DNA of 64,000 nt from Candidatus Microsaccharimonas sp. (GCA_036569465.1 DATCQO010000014.1:9507-73506); one strand, 5' to 3'. Shown: positions 27,973-37,972, numbered from the stretch's first letter. A program made the numbers and translations. The notes: generated by a model from the letters alone, not told the origin.

Positions 27973-27978
27973 CAATAG

Positions 27979-29709
27979 TTATAGCTTCTCTAATATAGAC
28001 TTCCGCAAAACCCTGAGCCGACTTCTAACTTTTTGATTTAAATCGTATTGCAGACCTTCATCAACGTGCTCCAATGCTTGCTTGTAGTTCTTCTTTTCAT
28101 AGTAATACTTAGAAAATTCATACTTCGAAAATAGAATGTTCATGTCTCTATTGAAAGGGTCTTCGATATCATTAATAGAACTTGCGTAAATCTTTAAAGC
28201 TAGTTCAGCTTCGTCTTTGTAAAGTGCCAATAGAGCTTTTGTCGACATTACTATGGGGTTAGCTTTCGCTTTGCTTATATAGAGTTCACCCTCACCTAGT
28301 TCACCGACCTTAATTAGATTATAGGCAAGGTTATTATACAAAAGATCATGAAACCACATCTTCTCGGTATCTTCCTTGAAACTGCTAAGAAAAGACTTAA
28401 GTATCTCCAAGGCTCTTTGATTATTTAAATCGGCGACAGCGTAAATATAACTAAGATTTAAAACAATATCGGGTTGACTACGATCTAACTCATATGCTTT
28501 TTCAGACAAACTCCGAGCTTCTTCTAAATTATGTTCATCCATAAGCTCTCGGACTCTATATGCCAAGGCAGGTACGTTATCAGGAAAGATAGTAAGAATA
28601 CGTCTAGATAACTTAGATGCATCTTTTTTCTTCCCTTGTCTAATCATAGAGTTGAGTAGATTATTCAAAATCACACCGTGCTGATCGGTAACTGGGTGCG
28701 GGATATCTATTTCAGATAAATTATTTACTGCCATTTGATAATAATTAAAAGCTTCATCAGATTTTTGCATTCGATCGTAATTTACACCAAGGTTGTTCAA
28801 ATACAACGGATTTCCCGGTTCCTTTTGTAGCAATCCTTTATGAAGTTTCAGTGCAAGTTCATTATTATTGTCGACATCCGTTAAGAGTTGCGCAAGATTT
28901 CCAACCCACCTGTCCTCAAGCAGTAAATCTGCGTTTCGTGCAGTCGAGAGTATCTTTAGAGCGTCTTTTTGATTATGCATAAATAAGTATAAAGAGGCTA
29001 AATTTTGATAGGCATGTGTGAATTTTGAGTCTATTGCGATTGCCCTTTTAAAATACTTCGCCGCTAATTCATATTCATTTTTATAAATATAAATCACACC
29101 TAGATTATTAACAGCATGGATGTATGAGTCACTTAACTCTAAAATTTCAGTTAATTCTTTTGAAGCTAGATCTACTTTATAGTCCCTTAAGAGTGCCGCT
29201 GCATACAAGTTTCTTATATCAAGTTGGGAGAGATTTTGATCTCTATAGTTCTTAAAAGTCACTAACTTACTATTTGCAAGCTTAGGTGTATCTAAAAGAA
29301 ATCCAAGGTAATCAATAATGTCTTGGTAGTTATCGCTTTTACTCATCAGTAGCTTATAAAACTTATAGGCTGACTCTTTATCATTTACCTCGTTATTAAA
29401 CCGTATGATCTTCCTGAGTACATGAGTTGAGTTCTCGGTTAAGCGCAGTGCACGTAAGTAATACTTTTTCGCCGTACTATACGACCTTCTAGAAAGATGT
29501 ATATCTGCAAGGTCGATAATTGCTCGTGTACTATTTTGTTCACTTGCATTCTTCTTGGCTTCGGGTTCTACGATAAGCTTTAGCGTCTCAGAGTAATCAC
29601 GAATAACTTCGTAATTCTCACTAAATCCAAAATATGAAGTTGAAGGCAGAGTATTCTTTTCGTCTACCGCCGAATCGATGTCAGTCTCTTCTTGTTGTAA
29701 TAACTGCAT
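27979..29709 (-). CDS. All-TPR repeat protein (no other domain recognised)
   Basis: 576 aa, no signal peptide. It has repeated 34-aa TPR-like units (for example HAVNNLGVIYIYKNEYELAAKYFKRAIAIDSKF, THAYQNLASLYLFMHNQKDALKIL, PLYLNNLGVNYDRMQKSDEAFNYYQMAV). By hand count, 29001-29100 contains 31 G+C per 100 nt. Confidence 0.8.
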   Translation of the reverse strand: MQLLQQEETDIDSAVDEKNTLPSTSYFGFSENYEVIRDYSETLKLIVEPEAKKNASEQNSTRAIIDLADIHLSRRSYSTAKKYYLRALRLTENSTHVLRKIIRFNNEVNDKESAYKFYKLLMSKSDNYQDIIDYLGFLLDTPKLANSKLVTFKNYRDQNLSQLDIRNLYAAALLRDYKVDLASKELTEILELSDSYIHAVNNLGVIYIYKNEYELAAKYFKRAIAIDSKFTHAYQNLASLYLFMHNQKDALKILSTARNADLLLEDRWVGNLAQLLTDVDNNNELALKLHKGLLQKEPGNPLYLNNLGVNYDRMQKSDEAFNYYQMAVNNLSEIDIPHPVTDQHGVILNNLLNSMIRQGKKKDASKLSRRILTIFPDNVPALAYRVRELMDEHNLEEARSLSEKAYELDRSQPDIVLNLSYIYAVADLNNQRALEILKSFLSSFKEDTEKMWFHDLLYNNLAYNLIKVGELGEGELYISKAKANPIVMSTKALLALYKDEAELALKIYASSINDIEDPFNRDMNILFSKYEFSKYYYEKKNYKQALEHVDEGLQYDLNQKVRSRLRVLRKSILEKL

Positions 29710-29718
29710 TTGATTTAA

Positions 29719-30663
29719 TTATAGACCTTTCATGATACTTATTGCCACATTCAGATCAGATTCTCGTTCTAGATAATTTATATTTGAAAATTTGCGTATC
29801 AAATCCGTGACTTTATCTGTACGCACTTGACTTGATAGACGCAAGCTCAGCCAACCCTCTGACCATGCTTTGTTCTTCTCACACCACTCCAGATAATCCG
29901 CCTCCCTAAGCCGTAAGGATCTATCTTTATATAGTTCTGTACTACCTGCAACTTTTTTAATTTGAAAATCTTTTATTCTTTCCTTCATTTCCACCAACTT
30001 GCCAATATTGTAAGCAGTCTCCGGTGATAAAACCGTTTTAACCATTAGGCCTACTGAGTAAGAGTCACCAAGCATATGCGATGGATCATCCCGAGAAACT
30101 AAACCAAATTCAAACTCCGGTGGCATAACGAAATACCCCCAACTCGGGGAGTTATCATCGCTTATCTCAATCGCCTTTTGACTTCGAAAACTACGACCAA
30201 AATCCACAAGTTTGGGAATATATTTATCTTTAACCAGAGATACTAAGACATTTTTTTCATGTAAATCTCTATGGATGTAACCTTCTGCCTGAATGGAAGT
30301 TATTGCACTGCAGATTTTTATTAACATCGAGATCTTCTCTGCAAAATCTTCATCCTTGAGAAAATCATCAAGCCAATGAATTAACGTCTTATCTGCACGC
30401 TCCATTATGTAAAGCATTTTTCCGTTCGGCGCGGTTAAAATTTTACTATACGGAGTAATGACATTGTCGTTTTTTATAAGCTCAAAAAGAATTTCGTTTT
30501 CTTGCCGGAATCTTTCCGCGTCCTCGGCTTTAGCAGTCTCTAGCCACTTAATAGCAACTTCGGCACCAGATATTTTATGATCACCAAATACTACCCTCGC
30601 AGAGTGTCCTTTTTGTTCTCTAATCGATTTATTTATAACGATATCTGCATGCTTCATTAACAT
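29719..30663 (-). CDS. Hanks-type (eukaryotic-like) protein kinase, soluble, atypical catalytic loop
   Basis: 314 aa. VAIK (K39), alpha-C Glu in RFRQENEIL, catalytic loop YIHRDLHEKNVLV, DFG (LVDFGRS), PPE (FVMPPEF) and subdomain IX DSYSVG. The glycine-rich loop is degenerate (QKGHSARVV). The gene is 9 nt upstream of the TPR gene. Confidence 0.8.
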   Translation of the reverse strand: MLMKHADIVINKSIREQKGHSARVVFGDHKISGAEVAIKWLETAKAEDAERFRQENEILFELIKNDNVITPYSKILTAPNGKMLYIMERADKTLIHWLDDFLKDEDFAEKISMLIKICSAITSIQAEGYIHRDLHEKNVLVSLVKDKYIPKLVDFGRSFRSQKAIEISDDNSPSWGYFVMPPEFEFGLVSRDDPSHMLGDSYSVGLMVKTVLSPETAYNIGKLVEMKERIKDFQIKKVAGSTELYKDRSLRLREADYLEWCEKNKAWSEGWLSLRLSSQVRTDKVTDLIRKFSNINYLERESDLNVAISIMKGL

Positions 30664-30692
30664 TATTACTAAAACGCTTTCTGCTTCAAACC

Positions 30693-32204
30693 CTACTTAG
30701 CGTACTCAATCGCCCGCGTCTCCCGAATAACATTAATCTTAATAGTCCCCGGATACTGCATCGTACTCTCGATCTTATTCGCAATATCTCGCGCTAATTT
30801 AATCGCCGAAAGGTCATCAATCGCCTCAGGAGTCACAATCACCCGAACTTCACGCCCCGCACTAATCGCATACGACTTCTGAATACCCTTAAAGCTATTC
30901 GCAATATTTTCAAGATCACGCATACGTTCCGCAAAGTTCTCGGCACTAATGTTTCGTGCACCAGGTCGTGCCGCCGATAGTGCGTCACAAACACGAACCA
31001 CCAAAGCTTCAGGCGTCGTTGCCTCGATATCGTCATGGTGCGCTTCAATCGCATGAACGATCTCTTCGCTCATACCGTATTTACGCGCAAGGTCAGCGCC
31101 AACGTGGTGATGCTTGCCTTCAATCTTGTGACTGACCGCCTTACCGACGTCGTGCAGCAATGTTGCGGTCTTTGTTATTCGGACATCAGCACCAATTTCT
31201 TCGGCAATCAGGCCAGCCATATGTGCCATTTCAGTACTATGCATCAACACATTTTGGCCATAACTTGTACGGAACTTCAGTTCACCCAGCAGTTGAATCA
31301 TTTCCTTTGGAATTCCGACGACGCCAACTTCACGAGCGGCATCTTCACCGGCACGGGTGGCTTCCTTCTCAATTTCTTTTTCAGCTTTCGCAACTACTTC
31401 TTCAATGCGTCCAGGATGGATACGTCCATCCTTCATCAACATCTCGAGGGACATGCGGGCAACTTGCCGCCTGACAGGATCAAAGCTTGAAAGAATAATC
31501 ATACCAGGGGTATCATCAACCAAAATATCGACGCCAGTCGCACGCTGCAGCGCCTGAATATTACGCCCTTCTTTACCAATAATACGACCCTTCATTTCAT
31601 CGTCGGTCAGCTTTATCGCCGTAACAGTACGTTCGGCAGTGACCTCGCTACTCATGCGTTCCATCGCCGACACAAGAATAAGCTGCGCCTGCTCTTCGGC
31701 AGTATCACGTGCATCATTTTGGAGTTTTGCAACCAGCCCAACAAGATCTTGCTTGATGTCTCGTTCAGTCATTTCCATCAATTTTTCAGCTGCTTCTTTT
31801 TTCTTCAGACCAGCAATTTTCTCAAGCTTTTCTTGTTGACGACCGCGGATGTCACGAATCTCGTTTTTCAAAGACTCAACATCGTCTTCGGCAGCACGAA
31901 GGTTTTCACTTCGCTTATCAAGTTCATCTAGTTTACGATCAAGACTCGTTTCACGTTCACCCAATCGGCTTTCAGTTCGATCCCATCCTTTACGACGGTC
32001 GGATTCTTCTCTTTTGGCGTCTTCGGCAAACTTAATTGCTTCATCTTTTGCCTTCAAGACGACATTACTCGCCTTTGTTTTTGCATCAGCTAATAATTGG
32101 TCGGCCTTGTGCTTTCCACCGGCTACTTTTGTACGGATATAGACAGTTGTTCCGCCCACACCAGCAAGAATCCCGATAACAGCGGCGATTATTCCTTCTA
32201 CCAT
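30693..32204 (-). CDS. rny: Ribonuclease Y
   Basis: The track ORF extends to 32282. The start was reset to ATG 32204-32202 (MVEGIIAAVIGILAG...), which is preceded by GGAAGGAAAC. It has an N-terminal TM segment, a coiled coil, a KH domain (GRIIGKEGRNIQAL) and an HD domain (LLHDVGKA). Confidence 0.93.
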   Translation of the reverse strand: MVEGIIAAVIGILAGVGGTTVYIRTKVAGGKHKADQLLADAKTKASNVVLKAKDEAIKFAEDAKREESDRRKGWDRTESRLGERETSLDRKLDELDKRSENLRAAEDDVESLKNEIRDIRGRQQEKLEKIAGLKKKEAAEKLMEMTERDIKQDLVGLVAKLQNDARDTAEEQAQLILVSAMERMSSEVTAERTVTAIKLTDDEMKGRIIGKEGRNIQALQRATGVDILVDDTPGMIILSSFDPVRRQVARMSLEMLMKDGRIHPGRIEEVVAKAEKEIEKEATRAGEDAAREVGVVGIPKEMIQLLGELKFRTSYGQNVLMHSTEMAHMAGLIAEEIGADVRITKTATLLHDVGKAVSHKIEGKHHHVGADLARKYGMSEEIVHAIEAHHDDIEATTPEALVVRVCDALSAARPGARNISAENFAERMRDLENIANSFKGIQKSYAISAGREVRVIVTPEAIDDLSAIKLARDIANKIESTMQYPGTIKINVIRETRAIEYAK

Positions 32205-32370
32205 ATTGTTTCCTTCCTCAGTACGTCCCTGCCAAGTGTTCGTCTTGGCAAAATCTTTATGCACTTTATCAAAGGGTCGCACTGAAAGTTTTCAAAAAGT
32301 TATTCAAAGTCCAGTTCAGAATGTTTCGGACTGTTTCTATTGTAGCGCCGCGAAAGCGCCGAAAGCAAGC

Positions 32371-32757
32371 TTATTTGCGTGGCGTGGTAATGTGTGGCTC
32401 ACCGCCATATTCAGGCATCACTAGTTCGTCGTTTTCACCTTTTTCAAGTCGATGCAGGCCAGTTATTTGCCAGTCGTCACCAGTCGTTCCGACGATAGGA
32501 ACTGACTCACTATCAGCAAATGTATTCAGGACGGTCAGCCCGATACGAAGGCCAGTAAAGCTACCTGGGCCTTTGAACACCACAATTCCAGAGATGTCTG
32601 CCCATATCTTGTGATTCTCCGCGAGATTGTCCTGCAAATAGCCAAGTAGCCCTTTTGCAAGTGTACGTCCTGATTCCCATTCGTCATCGAAACGCCAGTC
32701 GCCTTCAACGAAGCTCAGTTTACAGACAGGCGTTGAGGTATCAAGTAATAAAATCAT
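32371..32757 (-). CDS. tsaB: TsaB (YeaZ)-like t6A biosynthesis protein, N-terminal half only
   Basis: 128 aa. MILLLDTSTPVCKLSF... and VVFKGPGSFTGLRIGLTVLNTFA are the conserved TsaB N-terminal motifs. It overlaps the tsaE stop by 4 nt. Confidence 0.75.
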   Translation of the reverse strand: MILLLDTSTPVCKLSFVEGDWRFDDEWESGRTLAKGLLGYLQDNLAENHKIWADISGIVVFKGPGSFTGLRIGLTVLNTFADSESVPIVGTTGDDWQITGLHRLEKGENDELVMPEYGGEPHITTPRK

Positions 32758-33215
32758 AGATTCTCCAATAAAATTTCGGCGCCGTCGAACACCAGGCTCC
32801 TGGTTGTTTCGGTCGGTGAACTAAAAGTGATACGCAATCGATGTTCAGGCAACACACCTTCAACAATATCCGCCCATTCAATGACCGTAATAGATTCTGG
32901 GTCTTGCGTCGTTTCTGCCAATTCATCAGCCATAATGCCCGCATCGTTCAATCTATAAAAGTCATAGTGCGCAAGCTGAAGGTCATCGCGTGCATCATAG
33001 ACGCGACTGATGGTAAAACTGGGACTTTGGACGTCTTCATTGATAGCCAAACCAAGTGCTAATCCCTTTACAAACGTCGTTTTTCCAGCACCAACATCGC
33101 CCACCAATTCAATAACCTCACCGCCCTTCAAAAGGCGTCCTAATTTCTCGGCTAAAGCCTGAGTTTCTTGAACGCTTGCGACCTCTATTGTTTTTTGTGT
33201 GCTCATCCGATACAT
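32754..33215 (-). CDS. tsaE: tRNA t6A ATPase TsaE (YjeE)
   Basis: 153 aa. Walker A GDVGAGKTTFVKGLA, then SPSFTI and HYDFYRL motifs. Confidence 0.88.
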   Translation of the reverse strand: MYRMSTQKTIEVASVQETQALAEKLGRLLKGGEVIELVGDVGAGKTTFVKGLALGLAINEDVQSPSFTISRVYDARDDLQLAHYDFYRLNDAGIMADELAETTQDPESITVIEWADIVEGVLPEHRLRITFSSPTETTRSLVFDGAEILLENL

Positions 33216-33274
33216 TATACCACCCTGAGGCTGGTGCTTTTAGGGTGACTGCATTACAATTGAGCGTAAGCATT

Positions 33275-35056
33275 ATGCGCATTTCCGATAGTATCCTGGA
33301 AACGTTGCTTGGGCGGGCAAGTCTTGCAACTCCTGAGCAAATCACGTCCCTGAAAGAAGAGGCGGCTCGTTCAAAACGCACTTTACACGAGACCGTTATC
33401 GATCAGCGCATCACTGATGAAAAGACATTAACACAGCTATTCGCAGACTACGCCAGCATTCCTTATGTCGAACTCGACGTACTGAACATCCCTCCCGACG
33501 CCCTAAAACTTATCCCAGAGCGAATCGCACGACAATACAACGCGATTCTTTTTAAAGTTGATGAAGATGGCGTTCGACACCTTGCAATGGAAGACCCTGA
33601 CGATGTTCAGGCGGTGAACTTCCTGCAAAAAGAAATTGGAGCTAACTCTCGTATTTACATCGCAACTCGTGAAAACATTCTTTCCGCACTTGAAGCCTAC
33701 CGCGGTGATGTCAACAAAGAGCTCAACAAAGTCATCGACGTCCAGCGTGAAGATAAGTCCGACGTCGAAGTCGTTAGCGAACAAGATATTGCCGAAGATT
33801 CACCAATTGCTCAAACAGTGAACCTCTTGCTGGAATACGCAATTCGCTCACATGCATCTGATGTTCACATTGAACCTCGTGAGGATTTCGTACAGATTCG
33901 CTACCGTGTTGACGGTATTTTGAAAGAAGTAAACCGTCTCCCGCGTAACGTCCTCGGAGCGTTAATTAGCCGTATCAAAATTCTTGCAAACCTCAAGATT
34001 GACGAACGTCGTGTCCCGCAAGATGGACGATTCAAGATCAAGGTTGGTGGAAAGCAGTACGCCCTCCGTGTGAGCTCGCTTCCGATTGCAGATGGCGAAA
34101 AGATCGTCATGCGTATCTTGGATGAATCGAATGATGCAGTCAGTCTTGAATCACTCGGGTATTGGGGTAAAGCCCTTAAGGACTTGCGGCATGAAATGAT
34201 CGAGCCAAACGGTATTGTTCTCATCACCGGGCCAACAGGGAGCGGTAAGTCGACCAGCCTCTTTAGCATGCTTTCGATCCTGAATCACCCAGAAGTGAAC
34301 ATCTCGACCATCGAAGACCCTGTCGAATACAAGATTCCAGGTGTCAACCAAACCCAAACTAACCAAAAGGCCGGTATGACCTTCTCGACTGGTCTGCGCG
34401 CCCTGCTTCGTCAAGACCCGAATATCATCATGATCGGTGAGATCCGTGACGGTGAGACAGCAAACCTTGCCATTCAAGCTGCCCTCACGGGACACATGGT
34501 ATTTAGTACACTCCACACAAATAACGCCGCAACTTCCCTGCCGCGTCTACTTGATATGCAGATCGAGCCATTCCTTATCGCCAGTACTATTCGGGCCGTT
34601 GTCGGACAACGTCTTGTTCGAAGACTCCACCGAGCCTCTCGACAAAGTTTCGTCCCTACCCCCGAAGAACAAGCCCAAATTATTAAATTGTTCGGCCTTC
34701 ACGAAGGACAAGATTTCCGTGTGATTCACGAACTGGAAAAACAGGCAGCATCAGAAGGCCTTGGCGGCGACACACCGCTCAGTACCAACGAGACTGGATT
34801 CATCTCACTATGGCGAGCCGACAAAGACTTTAAAGAAGATGACGCCCAAGAAGGCTACAAGGGTCGTATTGGCATCTACGAAGTGTTGACCAATAGTCCT
34901 GAAGTAAAGAAATACATCATGACACGTGCCAGTAGCGACCAGATCCAAGCTCAAGCCATCATCGAAGGCATGATGACCATGCAAATTGATGGCCTCATTA
35001 AGGCCCTTCGCGGCGAGACAACTATCGAAGAAGTCCTCAGAGTGAGTAGAGACTAA
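33275..35056 (+). CDS. pilB: Type IV pilus assembly ATPase PilB (GspE family)
   Basis: The track ORF starts at 33176. The start was reset to ATG 33275 (MRISDSILETLL...). It has an N-terminal MshEN/T2SSE_N region, Walker A GPTGSGKST, an Asp box, Walker B IMIGEIRD and a His box TGHMVFSTLHTN. Confidence 0.92.
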   Translation: MRISDSILETLLGRASLATPEQITSLKEEAARSKRTLHETVIDQRITDEKTLTQLFADYASIPYVELDVLNIPPDALKLIPERIARQYNAILFKVDEDGVRHLAMEDPDDVQAVNFLQKEIGANSRIYIATRENILSALEAYRGDVNKELNKVIDVQREDKSDVEVVSEQDIAEDSPIAQTVNLLLEYAIRSHASDVHIEPREDFVQIRYRVDGILKEVNRLPRNVLGALISRIKILANLKIDERRVPQDGRFKIKVGGKQYALRVSSLPIADGEKIVMRILDESNDAVSLESLGYWGKALKDLRHEMIEPNGIVLITGPTGSGKSTSLFSMLSILNHPEVNISTIEDPVEYKIPGVNQTQTNQKAGMTFSTGLRALLRQDPNIIMIGEIRDGETANLAIQAALTGHMVFSTLHTNNAATSLPRLLDMQIEPFLIASTIRAVVGQRLVRRLHRASRQSFVPTPEEQAQIIKLFGLHEGQDFRVIHELEKQAASEGLGGDTPLSTNETGFISLWRADKDFKEDDAQEGYKGRIGIYEVLTNSPEVKKYIMTRASSDQIQAQAIIEGMMTMQIDGLIKALRGETTIEEVLRVSRD

Positions 35057-35057
35057 T

Positions 35058-36290
35058 ATGCCTAAATTCGCCTATGTCGCTGTCGACCTCCAACAAAAAC
35101 CAGTCAACGGAGAAACTGAACAAGTCGACCGTGCGACAGTGATTGCTGCGCTGACAAAACAAAATCTTCGTCCTGTCAGCATTAACGAGATGATTGTCAA
35201 AAAAGGCCTCGGAGGCATCGACTTTAATAACCTATTCAAGGCAACCAAAGTCAAAAATGATCAACTCGTCATCTTTACTCGTCAGCTGAGTGCTATGGTT
35301 GGTGCCGGTGTGCCGCTACTTCGATCACTGACATCGCTAGAAAAGCACGCCGAAGACCCAGTCCTCAAGGTTACTTTAGGCCTCGTTATTAAGGACATTG
35401 AGGGTGGTAATTCTCTCGCGAATGCACTTTCGAAGTTCCCGCTTATTTTTAATGACATCTATGTCAACATGGTGCGTGCCGGTGAAGCAGCCGGAATCCT
35501 CGATGATATCCTCAAGCGTCTGGCCTACCAACAAGAAAAAAGTTCAGCAATTCGTAAAAAAATTAAGAGTGCCATGGCCTACCCAATCGTCCTCATGGGT
35601 ATTACCGTACTCGCCTTCTTCGGATTGATGCTTTTCGTGATTCCTCAAATCGGAAAAATCCTTGGTGACCTTGGTGGACCTGACGCAAAACTTCCAGGCA
35701 TTACCCTATTCATGCTCGGACTGAGCCATATCATGACGTCATATTGGTTTATTATCCTGCCGGTCATCGTTGGTACCGTCTATGGAGTTACTCGTTATAT
35801 TCGAACACCGAAGGGTCGTCGCAATTTTGACCGACTCCTTTTAAAGGTACCTGGCATTAATGCAATCGTACGAAAGTCAGCCGTTGCACGATTTGCACGT
35901 ACTTTCTCTGCACTAATGGGTGCGGGTGTCGCCGTTCTAGAATGTCTCGACGTCACCTCACGTGCTGTTGGTAACATTATATTCCAGGAAGCACTCCAGG
36001 AAGCTGCACGCGAAGTGAAGAACGGCAAGTCGCTCTCATCTGTTATCGAAGCAAATGAACTCTTTCCTGGCATCGTCAGCCAAATGCTAGCTGTTGGTGA
36101 AGAAACGGGACAAACAGATACGGTGCTAGTGAAGGTAGCTGACTTTTACGAAGAGGAAGTTGACCTTGCGATTGAAGGAATCAGTTCTATTATCGAGCCA
36201 GTCATGATCGTCATCATGGGTAGCATGGTTGGGCTTATCGCAGCGAGCGTTATGACCCCTATTGCTCAGCTTTCACAGAATGTTAAATAA
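35058..36290 (+). CDS. pilC: Type IV pilus platform protein PilC (GspF family)
   Basis: 410 aa. Two GspF repeats (FTRQLSAMVGAGVPLLRSL... and FARTFSALMGAGVAVLECL...) and three TM segments. It starts 2 nt after pilB. Confidence 0.92.
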   Translation: MPKFAYVAVDLQQKPVNGETEQVDRATVIAALTKQNLRPVSINEMIVKKGLGGIDFNNLFKATKVKNDQLVIFTRQLSAMVGAGVPLLRSLTSLEKHAEDPVLKVTLGLVIKDIEGGNSLANALSKFPLIFNDIYVNMVRAGEAAGILDDILKRLAYQQEKSSAIRKKIKSAMAYPIVLMGITVLAFFGLMLFVIPQIGKILGDLGGPDAKLPGITLFMLGLSHIMTSYWFIILPVIVGTVYGVTRYIRTPKGRRNFDRLLLKVPGINAIVRKSAVARFARTFSALMGAGVAVLECLDVTSRAVGNIIFQEALQEAAREVKNGKSLSSVIEANELFPGIVSQMLAVGEETGQTDTVLVKVADFYEEEVDLAIEGISSIIEPVMIVIMGSMVGLIAASVMTPIAQLSQNVK

Positions 36291-36303
36291 AGTCAAATAG
36301 GCG

Positions 36304-36333
36304 TTCTCACCGGCAACGTGCTCATGGTATAAT
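36304..36333 (+). promoter_or_regulatory. Possible internal promoter with extended -10 upstream of pilM
   Basis: TTCTCA-N18-TATAAT, with TG immediately upstream of the -10 (TGGTATAAT at 36325-36333), in the 60-nt pilC-pilM gap. Confidence 0.35.
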
Positions 36334-36359
36334 ACATCGTAGTTATCCATGTGGGCATC

Positions 36360-37418
36360 ATGTCAAAATTATTCTACGAAGACAAACCAATTATAGGACT
36401 CGACATCAGTAACACTGGTGTAAAAATCATGTCTGTAGATCCTAAAAAATGGCTTGTTCATGGCTATGGATCAATTGACCTCGAACCATTGAAGGTAAAA
36501 GAATCAATGGAAAACGCAAATAGCACCTATCTGACTGACAATATCAAGGTATTACTTGCCGAAAAAGTCATTGGTGATACCTCTAGTAAACGCGTCGCAA
36601 TCGCCATTCCAACAGCCAGAAGCTACTCGCGCACTTTCACCCTCCCTGCGGCAACAGAAAAAGCGTTGCACGATGCTGTTATCCTCGAGGCTGACCAATA
36701 TATCCCTATCCCGTCCGCCAATCTTTATATCGATTACCAAATTATCGAACGAACTAAAAAAGAAATCACTGTGCTCATGAGCGCTGTTGCAAAAGTAATT
36801 ATCGATAACATCCTGAGTAGCGTGACAGCTGCTGGCCTCGAACCAATCCTGATTGAGCCGAGCATCTGTTCGGTTGGCCGTGTCTTAACCGCAACAGAAC
36901 GAGGTGATCTCCCAACTGTTATCGTTGATATTGGCCCAGCAACAACTGACATCGCCATCCTCGATAGAGGCACAATTCGTGTCACCGGTGGACTTGCAAT
37001 TGGCGGCAACACATTTACGCTCGATATTGCCAAAAAGCTGAACGTCGAACTAGAGAACGCTCACCAGCTGAAAGTTCTCAACGGCCTCAATGCAGGCCCA
37101 CGTCAACAAAAGCTTACGGGTGCGCTTGAACCAAGCCTGCAACGTATCCTCGCGGAAATAAAGAAAGTCATGCGTTACTACGACGAACGAATCAACACGA
37201 CTCGCAAACTAGAGCAGCTCCTCGTTGTTGGAAGCGGCAGTAACCTGCCTGGTATCGGTGAGTACTTCACGAATGCACTCGTGATGCCAGCTCGTGTGGC
37301 GAGTCCGTGGCAAAAACTCGACTTTGAAAAGCTCCAAGAACCGCCAAAACAATTTCGCCCACGATATATTACCGTGGCAGGGCTTGCCAGTGTTGAACCA
37401 GGGGAAATTTGGAAATGA
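36360..37418 (+). CDS. pilM: Type IV pilus assembly protein PilM (actin-like ATPase fold)
   Basis: The track start is GTG 36351. ATG 36360 (MSKLFYEDKPIIGLDISNTGVKIM...) is the more conventional start. The IGLDIG-like N-terminal motif and the position directly before pilN support the call. Confidence 0.8.
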   Translation: MSKLFYEDKPIIGLDISNTGVKIMSVDPKKWLVHGYGSIDLEPLKVKESMENANSTYLTDNIKVLLAEKVIGDTSSKRVAIAIPTARSYSRTFTLPAATEKALHDAVILEADQYIPIPSANLYIDYQIIERTKKEITVLMSAVAKVIIDNILSSVTAAGLEPILIEPSICSVGRVLTATERGDLPTVIVDIGPATTDIAILDRGTIRVTGGLAIGGNTFTLDIAKKLNVELENAHQLKVLNGLNAGPRQQKLTGALEPSLQRILAEIKKVMRYYDERINTTRKLEQLLVVGSGSNLPGIGEYFTNALVMPARVASPWQKLDFEKLQEPPKQFRPRYITVAGLASVEPGEIWK

Positions 37419-37972
37419 TTAATTTAATGCCCGACACTATAAAGAAAGAGATCCGTTCAGCACGCCTGAACGTTATCTTGGGTCGCTATATCATCGTCAT
37501 TCTCTTTGCCTTTGGCTTCCTGATGCTTCTCCTTGCGGGATCATATCTTGTCCTAACACAGACCAAAGACAGTGCACAGCGCATCATCAACGCAAACAGC
37601 ACAAAGGCCGACGTTTATAGCGCGACAAAAGCTCAAGTTCAAGCACTCAGCACAAGTCTGTCAGAGACAAAAACAATCCTTGACCAAGAAGTTCTCTATT
37701 CGAATGTCCTAATGAATATTGGTCAACAAATGCCTACAGGAACAGTCCTCAGCAGTATTACATTAAATTCGGCATCATTTGCGGGTACTCCAGTTACCCT
37801 GAAGGCATACGCAAAAACGACCGACGATGCGGTAGCCCTGCGTCAGAAATTCCAAAGTTCACCAATTTTCACAAACGTTAACTTCGACTCGGTCTCCGAC
37901 GCAGCCGGAATCAGCGGCTATCCTGTTGGTGTCTCGATGACACTCACCGTGACAAGGGCGGCCGCACAATGA
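37409..37972 (+). CDS. pilN: PilN-like pilus assembly protein
   Basis: 187 aa. N-terminal INLMP motif (PilN INLLP), a single TM segment and a periplasmic-type domain. It overlaps pilM by 10 nt. Confidence 0.65.
   Translation: MEMINLMPDTIKKEIRSARLNVILGRYIIVILFAFGFLMLLLAGSYLVLTQTKDSAQRIINANSTKADVYSATKAQVQALSTSLSETKTILDQEVLYSNVLMNIGQQMPTGTVLSSITLNSASFAGTPVTLKAYAKTTDDAVALRQKFQSSPIFTNVNFDSVSDAAGISGYPVGVSMTLTVTRAAAQ

Noticed and set aside
20067-30690. Search for an integrase, transposase, recombinase or phage genes in the tRNA-Pro-linked accessory region
   Set aside because: None of the ORFs shows tyrosine or serine recombinase or DDE motifs. The island call therefore rests only on the repeats and composition.
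30664-30692. Possible third copy of the att-like repeat at the kinase/rny junction (CTTCAAACCCT)
   Set aside because: It shares only a 7-nt similarity with the tRNA-derived 14-mer, which is indistinguishable from chance.
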